A stretch of DNA of 36,433 nt, taken from the NCBI GenBank assembly GCA_045659845.1, contig JAZRCQ010000294.1:1-36433 (forward strand). Direction: 5' to 3'. The translations under genes were made by a program, and so were the position numbers. This document shows positions 6,056 through 12,637 of this stretch, one piece after another. Position 1 is the stretch's first letter, and the number at the start of each line of letters is the position of its first letter. The notes beneath the pieces were generated by a model that searched no databases, had not been told where the DNA came from, and worked only from the letters and a program-made list of their open reading frames with translations. The stretch comes from Eubacteriales bacterium (lineage in GTDB: Bacteria > Bacillota > Clostridia > Oscillospirales > CAG-272).

Positions 6056-8515
6056 ATGAAAATCGTTTTTTCCACTAAAAACGTGAGCCGAGCCTCCTTT
6101 CTCGACACCTGCCGCATTGCTCACGACTACGGCTTCGAGGGCTTTGAGATCTATGATGCCGTTGGCGAACGGAGCGTTCACTCCGACAGCGTTCTGAGAC
6201 GCGACAAAATGGCCGATGCCAAAAGAAAGCTCGTCAACCGAAATCTGGCCGTTTCCGCGCTTCGGATGCCCCATCCCGTGGAGCATGCGGAAACCACAGC
6301 GGAGCTGATCCAAAAATATGTGGATATGGCCGCCACGGCAGGCATTGAAAACGTGATCGTTCGTGCAGAAGCCCCCGTTTCCTTTGCGCTTCTGGATGAA
6401 AAAATGGCTGCGGCGATCAAGCGGGCGGAGCAAGCAGGAGTTGGCATCCTGCTGGAAACCGTTGGCAGTCTGGCGAGAACCGAAAACGTGATCGCTATCA
6501 TCAATCACTTCGCCTCTGCCGCCATCGGAGCCTCCTGGAACGTTCGCGGCACCTATTTCGATGCGGGCGAAACCGCTGAGGTGACCATCAAAAATCTGGG
6601 CGCCTACATCCGCTACGTTCGTCTCGGAGACATGAAGGACGGCAAGACCGTTCTGATCGGCGAGGGCGATCTGGACGTGAAAAAGCTCCTCAACGCCCTT
6701 TCCTCTCTCAACTACGAGGGCTTCATCTGCGCCGCATGGAACGAGGAGATCAACGATGCCGACATCGTGTTGACTCATTTTACCAATTACATTTCTGCGC
6801 TGGGACGTGAAAAAAAGTCCTTTGATCACGCATACTATAATCGGGCGAAAACCGGCACCTTCGTATGGAAAAAATACGATGTGATCGAGGCCACCTTCGC
6901 CGACGTGCTGGACACCATGGCCGAACGGTATCCCGATCAGTATGCCTTCAAGTACCCCACGCTGGACTACACCCGAACCTACGAGCAGTTCCGCCGCGAC
7001 GTGGACGAATGCGCCGCCGCCCTCATTTCCTTGGGCGTGAAGGCCGGTGATCACGTGGCGATCTGGGCCACCAACGTGCCCCAATGGTTCATCACCTTCT
7101 GGGCCACCACCAAGATCGGCGCCGTGTTGGTTACCGTGAACACCGCCTATAAGATCCACGAGATCGAATATCTGCTCAAGCAATCCGACACCCACACCCT
7201 CGTGATGGTGGAATATTGCAAGGATATCAACTATAAGGAGATCATCGAGCAGCTCTGTCCCGAGCTGAAGGCGCTCCATCCGGGCGATCCCCTCTATTCC
7301 AAGAATCTTCCCTTCCTGCGCAACGTTGTGACCGTTGGCTTCGGCATGGACGGTTGTCTCACCTGGGAGCAAATGCTCTCCCGCTCTGCCCTCGTGCCCC
7401 GTGAGGAGGTTCGCCGCCGCGCTTCCCTTGTGAAGCCCGACGACGTTTGCAATATGCAATACACCTCGGGAACCACCGGCTTCCCCAAGGGCGTGATGCT
7501 CACCCATCGCAACATCGTGAACAACGGAAAGACCATCGGCGACAGAATGGATCTCTCCACGGCCGATCGCATGATGATCCAAGTGCCCATGTTCCATTGC
7601 TTCGGCATGGTGCTTTCCATGACCTCCATGATGACTCACGGCGGCACGCTCTGCCCCATTCCCTATTTCTCGCCCAAATCCTCTCTTGCCTGCGTGAACG
7701 ATGAGCGCATCACCTGCTTCAACGGTGTGCCCACCATGTTCATTGCTATGTTCAATCATCCCGATTTTGCCAAGACCGACTTTTCCTATATGAGAACCGG
7801 AATCATGGCAGGAGCAAACTGCCCCGCCGATCTGATGCGCCGCGCATCCGAGGAAATGAATATGCGGGAGATCATCTCCGTGTACGGCCAGACCGAGGCC
7901 TCCCCCGGATGCACCATGGGCGAGGTGAACGAGGATCTGGACCATCGCGTGGAAACCGTTGGCAGTGCCTTCCCCGGCGTGGAATGCAAGATCATTGATC
8001 CGGAAACCGGCGACGAGCTTCCCGACGGCGAAAGCGGCGAGTTCGTGGCACGCGGCTTCAACATCATGAAGGGCTACTACAAAATGCCTGAGGCCACGGC
8101 GCAGGCCATCGATGCCAACGGCTGGCTCCACTCGGGCGACATCTGCATGAGAACCCCCGACGGCTACTATAAGGTGACGGGCCGCCTCAAGGATATGATC
8201 ATCCGCGGCGGAGAAAATCTCTATCCTCGCGAAATCGAGGAATTCTACCTCACAAATCCCAAGATCCGCGACGTTCAGGTGGTTGGCGTGCCCGACGAGA
8301 CCTACGGCGAGGAATGCTGTGCATGGGTGATCCTGCACAAGGGAGAAACCGCCGATGAAAAGGAAATGAAGGCCTTCGGTGCCGCATCCATTGCCAAGCA
8401 CAAGGTGCCCAGATACTTCCTCTTCGTGAATGAATTCCCCATGAACGCCGCCGGAAAGATCCTGAAATACAAGATGCGTGAGGAATCCGCTGAAAAGCTG
8501 GGATTGAAAAAATAA
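6056..8515 (+). CDS. Fusion protein: N-terminal xylose-isomerase-like TIM barrel (AP endonuclease 2 family) + C-terminal AMP-forming acyl-CoA synthetase
   Basis: 819 aa, with a GAGGAGG RBS. Residues ~1-250 (GFEGFEIY..., GILLETVG, YIRYVRLGD, GEGDLD, GFICAAWN) resemble sugar-phosphate isomerase/epimerase-type TIM barrels. Residues ~270-819 carry the ANL motifs YTSGTTGFPKGV, YGQTE, GWLHSGD, GRLKDMIIRGGENLYP and the terminal GKILK. Confidence 0.78.
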   Translation: MKIVFSTKNVSRASFLDTCRIAHDYGFEGFEIYDAVGERSVHSDSVLRRDKMADAKRKLVNRNLAVSALRMPHPVEHAETTAELIQKYVDMAATAGIENVIVRAEAPVSFALLDEKMAAAIKRAEQAGVGILLETVGSLARTENVIAIINHFASAAIGASWNVRGTYFDAGETAEVTIKNLGAYIRYVRLGDMKDGKTVLIGEGDLDVKKLLNALSSLNYEGFICAAWNEEINDADIVLTHFTNYISALGREKKSFDHAYYNRAKTGTFVWKKYDVIEATFADVLDTMAERYPDQYAFKYPTLDYTRTYEQFRRDVDECAAALISLGVKAGDHVAIWATNVPQWFITFWATTKIGAVLVTVNTAYKIHEIEYLLKQSDTHTLVMVEYCKDINYKEIIEQLCPELKALHPGDPLYSKNLPFLRNVVTVGFGMDGCLTWEQMLSRSALVPREEVRRRASLVKPDDVCNMQYTSGTTGFPKGVMLTHRNIVNNGKTIGDRMDLSTADRMMIQVPMFHCFGMVLSMTSMMTHGGTLCPIPYFSPKSSLACVNDERITCFNGVPTMFIAMFNHPDFAKTDFSYMRTGIMAGANCPADLMRRASEEMNMREIISVYGQTEASPGCTMGEVNEDLDHRVETVGSAFPGVECKIIDPETGDELPDGESGEFVARGFNIMKGYYKMPEATAQAIDANGWLHSGDICMRTPDGYYKVTGRLKDMIIRGGENLYPREIEEFYLTNPKIRDVQVVGVPDETYGEECCAWVILHKGETADEKEMKAFGAASIAKHKVPRYFLFVNEFPMNAAGKILKYKMREESAEKLGLKK

Positions 8516-8538
8516 CGATCACAATCTGTGGAGGCGCA

Positions 8539-8970
8539 ATGTATTTTGACGATCTTCAAATCGGAATGACGGTGGACATTGATTCCACCGTCATCGAAAA
8601 AGAAAAAATGATGGAGTTTGCCCGCGTTTACGATCCGATACCGCTGCATACCGATGAGGAATATGCTCGGTCTACCCCCTTCGGCGATCTGATCGCCCCC
8701 GGCATGATGTCGTTTATGTCCCTGTGGGCAAAGTATCTGGAGGTCGATTTCTTCGGCAAGGAGCTTTTGGCCGGAAAATCCACCAGGATCGAATGGCTCA
8801 AGCCCGTTTATGCCAACGACAGCTTATCGGGCAGGGCCACCATCACGGCATTGACGAAGAGAAATGACAAAAACGGTTTGGCCGAAATCTCCATCTATGC
8901 CTACAATCAAAAGGGAGAGCCGGTGCTGACAAACGTTACGGAGGCGATCGTAAAGTGCAAGCCGAGCTGA
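8539..8970 (+). CDS. MaoC-like (R)-specific enoyl-CoA hydratase/dehydratase, hotdog fold
   Basis: 143 aa with a GGAGG RBS. FARVYDPIPLHTDEEYARSTPFGDLIAPGMM matches the MaoC dehydratase motif (D-x-N/P-P-x-H-x-D ... G-x-I-A-x-G). Confidence 0.75.
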   Translation: MYFDDLQIGMTVDIDSTVIEKEKMMEFARVYDPIPLHTDEEYARSTPFGDLIAPGMMSFMSLWAKYLEVDFFGKELLAGKSTRIEWLKPVYANDSLSGRATITALTKRNDKNGLAEISIYAYNQKGEPVLTNVTEAIVKCKPS

Positions 8971-8976
8971 TGCTCT

Positions 8977-8995
8977 GCGGAACGTGTCGTTCTGC
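8977..8995 (+). terminator. Weak hairpin after the MaoC gene (possible operon terminator)
   Basis: gcggaacg-tgt-cgttctgc forms an 8-bp stem with one G-U pair. A T-run (catttttttt) follows only after an A-run, so termination efficiency is uncertain. Confidence 0.3.
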
Positions 8996-9025
8996 GCCAA
9001 AAAAACATTTTTTTTGAAAAAGGTA

Positions 9026-9054
9026 TTGACAAATCCGGTTTTCCGTGCTATAAT
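9026..9054 (+). promoter_or_regulatory. Sigma-70-type promoter TTGACA-N17-TATAAT for the third T-box
   Basis: ttgaca at 9026-9031, 17-nt spacer, tataat at 9049-9054. Confidence 0.65.
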
Positions 9055-9060
9055 TTTTTA

Positions 9061-9348
9061 AAATTTGAATATCAAAAAAGACTGTGATGAAGAGGATCGG
9101 AAAGCAATGCTTCCAGAGAGTTGTCGGGCGGTGCGAGACAATAACAGAGACTTCCATATGATCTATCACTTCTGAGTCGAAGGACCGAACCCGGGGCATT
9201 CCCCTGTCAGTAGACTCCTTCCGTATTGCTGCGTCAAAGCAAAGGGCTTGTTGGAGTCCGGAAAGTGACGGAATTGAATTCCGTAATTTGAGTGGTACCG
9301 CGGGTGAATAGCTCGTCTCAAGGGTTTTCTTTTGAGACGAGTTTTTTG
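9061..9348 (+). promoter_or_regulatory. T-box riboswitch, specifier probably AUC (Ile); assignment uncertain
   Basis: - K-turn GUGAUGA at 9084-9090;
- AG bulge AGAGAG at 9115-9120;
- distal loop GGUGCGA at 9130-9136 (the block gtcgggcggtgcgagaca is identical to the Phe T-box);
- T-box motif GAGUGGUACCGCGGG at 9290-9304, with A1 UUGAG/CUCAA;
- terminator CUCGUCUCA...UGAGACGAG + UUUUUU at 9311-9348.
The 3' side of Stem I reads ...AUG AUC U AUC A CUUC UGAGUC. AUC-A (9165-9168) sits directly before the 4-bp helix (GAAG/CUUC) and the K-turn, the same layout as in the other two leaders. No clean AGUA/GAA S-turn is visible. Confidence 0.8.
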
Positions 9349-9413
9349 TTTTATTCAGATTTTCAAATGCGTAATCATGAACCATAAGGACAGAAAGGAA
9401 AGGGGTCACAGCA

Positions 9414-11714
9414 ATGGATTACAGCTTGAAAGAGGTTGCAAGAAGAATTAGGGATCTACGCGAGGCCAAGGGCTACTCCCCTGCCGAGCTTGCAAGACTC
9501 ACCGGCGTTTCCCTTGAGGATTACACGCTTTTGGAGGAAGGAAACACCGACTTCAGCTTCACCTTCATTTATAAATGCGCAAAGGCCTGCGGCGTTGAGG
9601 TGGTTGACATTCTGGAGGGAAGCAGCACCACCCTCACCTCCTTCGCCATCACCCGCAAGGGCGAAGGCCTCAAGATCCTGAAGCAGCACGGCGTGGAATA
9701 CAACAATCTCGCACCCAAGTTCAAGGAGAAGCTCGCCGAGCCCTTCCTCGTGAAATTCCCTTACATCCCCGAGGAGCAAAACGTGCCGATGAAGCTCAAC
9801 TCCCACAACGGTCAGGAATTCGACGTGATCGTGAAGGGCTCGCTGAAGGTGCAGATCGGAAGCCACGTGGACGTGCTTCATGAGGGTGATTCCATTTTCT
9901 ATAACAGCTTGATCCCCCACGGCATGATCGCCGCAAGCGAGGGCGGTTGCGAATTCCACGCGGTGGTTCTCAATCCGCAGAACGGTCAGGTGAGCGAGGA
10001 ATATCCCGAGGCGCCCTACGTTGCGGCGAGAGTGGCCGAAAAGGCAGAGGAAACCGCCACGGTTGCCGATCAGTTCGTAACCTCCACCTACGATGAAAAC
10101 GGCGTTTTCAACGGCATTTCCTTCAAAAACGACGATCAATTCAACTTCGCCTTCGACTGCGTGGACGCCATTGCGAAAAAGAATCCCGATAAGCTTGCAA
10201 TGCTTTGGGTTGGCAACGATAAGAGCGACCGTCGCTTCACCTTTGCCGACATGAAGAAATATTCTGCCAAGACAGCAAACTATTTCGAGTCTCTCGGCAT
10301 CAAAAAGGGCGACACCGTGATGCTGGTGCTGAAGCGTCATTACCAATTCTGGTTCTGCATGCTGGCACTGCATAAGATCGGCGCCATCGCGATCCCCGCC
10401 ACCAATCAGCTGGTGGAGCATGACTTCGCTTACAGATATCAGGCCGCCAAGGTGAAGGCGATCGTTTGCACCGCCGATGGCGACGTTTCCTCCGAGGCCG
10501 AAAAGGCCGCCGCTCAGTTCCCCGGCCTGCTCAAGGTGCTTGTTGGCGGCAAGAAAGAAGGCTGGAATGATTTCAACGTGGAAATGGAACGCTTCAGCAC
10601 CCATTATTACCGCACCGAGCAAACGCCCTGCGGCAATGATCCCATGCTGATGCTCTTCACCTCGGGCACCACGGGCTATCCCCGCATCGCCACCCACTCC
10701 TATAAATATGCGCTGGGCCACTACCCCACCGCCAAGCATTGGCACAACGTCAAAGCCAACGGCCTGCACTTCACCATCTCCGATACGGGATGGGGCAAGG
10801 CGCTCTGGGGCAAGCTCTACGGTCAGTGGCTCTGCGAGGCCGGGATCTTCACCTACGATTTCGATCGCTTCCGCTCCGAGGATATTCTGCCCATGTTCAA
10901 GAAATACGGCATCACCACCTTCTGCGCTCCTCCCACCATGTATCGCTTCTTCATCAAGGAGGATCTCTCCAAATATGATCTTTCCTCCATTGAATATGCC
11001 ACCACGGCAGGCGAGGCGCTGAACCCCGAGGTGTTCAACCAGTTCAAGAAGGCCACCGGACTCACCATCATGGAGGGCTTCGGGCAAACCGAAACCACCC
11101 TTTCCATTGCAAACTTCGTTGGCTCCACGCCCAAGATCGGATCGATGGGTAAGCCCAGCCCGCTCTACGACGTGGTGGTGCTGGATCCCGACGGCAACGA
11201 ATGCAAGACCGGCGACACGGGCGAGATCTGCATCCGCACAAAGGATCATATTCCCTGCGGTCTCTTCATCGGCTACTATCTGGATGAGGAAAAAACGCGC
11301 GACGCCTGGTACGACGGCTATTATCACACCGGCGATCAGGCCACCATGGACGAGGACGGCTATCTCTGGTACGTCGGCCGCATCGACGATGTGATCAAGT
11401 CCTCCGGCTACCGCATCGGGCCCTTTGAGATCGAAAGCGTGATCATGGAGCTTCCCTACGTGCTGGAATGCGCCATCACGCCCGTTCCCGACGAGGTGCG
11501 CGGTCAGATCGTGAAGGCCACCATCGTGCTGACAAAGGGCACCGTTGGCACCGACGCGCTGAAAAAGGAGATTCAGGAGTACGTGAAAACGCACACCGCT
11601 CCCTATAAGTACCCCCGCATCGTTGAGTTTGTGGAGGAGCTTCCCAAGACGATCAGCGGAAAGGTGCGCCGCGTGGAGATCCGCAAAAACGATCTGGAAA
11701 AAATGAAAAAATAA
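9414..11714 (+). CDS. Fusion protein: XRE-type HTH + cupin domain fused to a medium-chain (ACSM/MACS-like) AMP-forming acyl-CoA synthetase
   Basis: 766 aa. Residues 1-~65 form an HTH_3 domain (LREAKGYSPAELARLTGVSLEDYTLLEEG). Residues ~90-190 form a cupin (NSHNGQEFDVIVKGSLKVQIG...GDSIFYNSLIPHGM). Residues ~230-766 carry FTSGTTGYPR, TISDTGWGKALWGKLY, EGFGQTE, YHTGDQA, GRIDDVIKSSGYRIGPFEIE and the terminal SGKVRR, typical of medium/short-chain acyl-CoA synthetases. Confidence 0.8.
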   Translation: MDYSLKEVARRIRDLREAKGYSPAELARLTGVSLEDYTLLEEGNTDFSFTFIYKCAKACGVEVVDILEGSSTTLTSFAITRKGEGLKILKQHGVEYNNLAPKFKEKLAEPFLVKFPYIPEEQNVPMKLNSHNGQEFDVIVKGSLKVQIGSHVDVLHEGDSIFYNSLIPHGMIAASEGGCEFHAVVLNPQNGQVSEEYPEAPYVAARVAEKAEETATVADQFVTSTYDENGVFNGISFKNDDQFNFAFDCVDAIAKKNPDKLAMLWVGNDKSDRRFTFADMKKYSAKTANYFESLGIKKGDTVMLVLKRHYQFWFCMLALHKIGAIAIPATNQLVEHDFAYRYQAAKVKAIVCTADGDVSSEAEKAAAQFPGLLKVLVGGKKEGWNDFNVEMERFSTHYYRTEQTPCGNDPMLMLFTSGTTGYPRIATHSYKYALGHYPTAKHWHNVKANGLHFTISDTGWGKALWGKLYGQWLCEAGIFTYDFDRFRSEDILPMFKKYGITTFCAPPTMYRFFIKEDLSKYDLSSIEYATTAGEALNPEVFNQFKKATGLTIMEGFGQTETTLSIANFVGSTPKIGSMGKPSPLYDVVVLDPDGNECKTGDTGEICIRTKDHIPCGLFIGYYLDEEKTRDAWYDGYYHTGDQATMDEDGYLWYVGRIDDVIKSSGYRIGPFEIESVIMELPYVLECAITPVPDEVRGQIVKATIVLTKGTVGTDALKKEIQEYVKTHTAPYKYPRIVEFVEELPKTISGKVRRVEIRKNDLEKMKK

Positions 11715-11747
11715 AGCGGCTTCTGCATCTTTCGCAGAGCCGGATCA

Positions 11748-11786
11748 AAAAGGAGCTGAGTCGGAATTCGACTCAGCTCCTTTTTC
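11748..11786. terminator. Bidirectional rho-independent terminator between convergent genes
   Basis: aaaaGGAGCTGAGTCGgaattCGACTCAGCTCCttttt: a 12-bp perfect stem flanked by an A-run and a T-run. Confidence 0.8.
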
Positions 11787-11800
11787 CAAAGCCGTTTGAA

Positions 11801-12358
11801 TTATAATTTATCGAACCGTTTCATAACTCTGACGAGCCGCGGCCGATTATAGCGCTGAAGGATCACAAAAACGGAATCGATCAGCATGGCACAAACCGAC
11901 GTTGTAATCATTGCCGCCGTACCGCCCAGAAGCGGTGCAAAGGCGATCGGCAGAAGGCTCAGCACCATGATCACCTCGTGAATGATCTCCGCCTGACAGG
12001 TTGCGCCGATCAATTCCCGAACGGTTTTTCGATGGGGATCAAACGTTTCAGGATCGTAGGTTGGAACGTATTTTTTCCATCTTCGCACTCGGATCAGCTT
12101 ATATAGCTTATCCTCAAAGCTTTTTTCGCGAAACCATCCGTTTGTGTGGTCGGCTTGATTTTTCATGACCAGATCCACAATCGTTCCAACGGCTAGCCGC
12201 ATGGCAAAATGATATAGTGTTACTCCAACCGTGACGGTGAGCGCTTCCGCAACGGCATTTTGAGAAAGGAGGCATACAGGCAGAAGTCCCGCAAATCCAA
12301 GCGCAAGGAATACGGTTGTTAAAATCATTCGTTTTCTCAATGGCTTACCCTCTTCCAT
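11801..12358 (-). CDS. Small polytopic membrane protein, possibly glycosyl-4,4'-diaponeurosporenoate acyltransferase (CrtO)-like family
   Basis: 185 aa with 4 predicted TM segments. The RVRRWKKYVPTYDPETF ... QAEIIHEV ... LQRYNRPRL pattern resembles that family from memory. GC content is lower than in neighbouring genes. Confidence 0.4.
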   Translation of the reverse strand: MEEGKPLRKRMILTTVFLALGFAGLLPVCLLSQNAVAEALTVTVGVTLYHFAMRLAVGTIVDLVMKNQADHTNGWFREKSFEDKLYKLIRVRRWKKYVPTYDPETFDPHRKTVRELIGATCQAEIIHEVIMVLSLLPIAFAPLLGGTAAMITTSVCAMLIDSVFVILQRYNRPRLVRVMKRFDKL

Positions 12359-12637
12359 TTTTGATTTGCCAAGCTCATTATATCACATTTTTGTTAACAA
12401 ATCAAAGCATAGCCTTGTATATCACCCGCAACTTGTTGCACGATGAAATCCGCCTCTCTTTATCCTTGCGAAGCAAGATTTCATCGCATAGCGATTTCAT
12501 CCACGAAGTGGATTTATCCCGTCCGTAAGGACGGATTTAACTGAAAAGGATACAAAATTCTAATGGGTGCATTTTAGGGTTAATGGGTGCATAAACGGAT
12601 GAATTTTTCAAAAATGGGGGCAATTTAACGATAGGTT

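Noticed and set aside
4619-8401. 1260-aa ORF on the minus strand, the longest ORF in the window
   Set aside because: It lies entirely antisense to the LeuA-like gene and the TIM-barrel::acyl-CoA-synthetase gene, both of which have clear domain motifs and RBSs. Its translation is low-complexity (G/A/H/L/V-rich) with no recognisable motif or RBS. This is a typical shadow ORF in GC-rich coding DNA.
9456-11594. 712-aa ORF on the minus strand
   Set aside because: Antisense shadow of the HTH-cupin-synthetase gene. Low-complexity G/A/L/H-rich sequence with no motifs.
12561-12600. TGGGTGCATAAACGGA as a duplicated att site derived from the tRNA-Leu 3' end
   Set aside because: The similarity to TGGTGCGGAAAACGGGA is short and gapped, and no integrase is present. 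It is mentioned only as a weak possibility inside a finding, not called as a feature.
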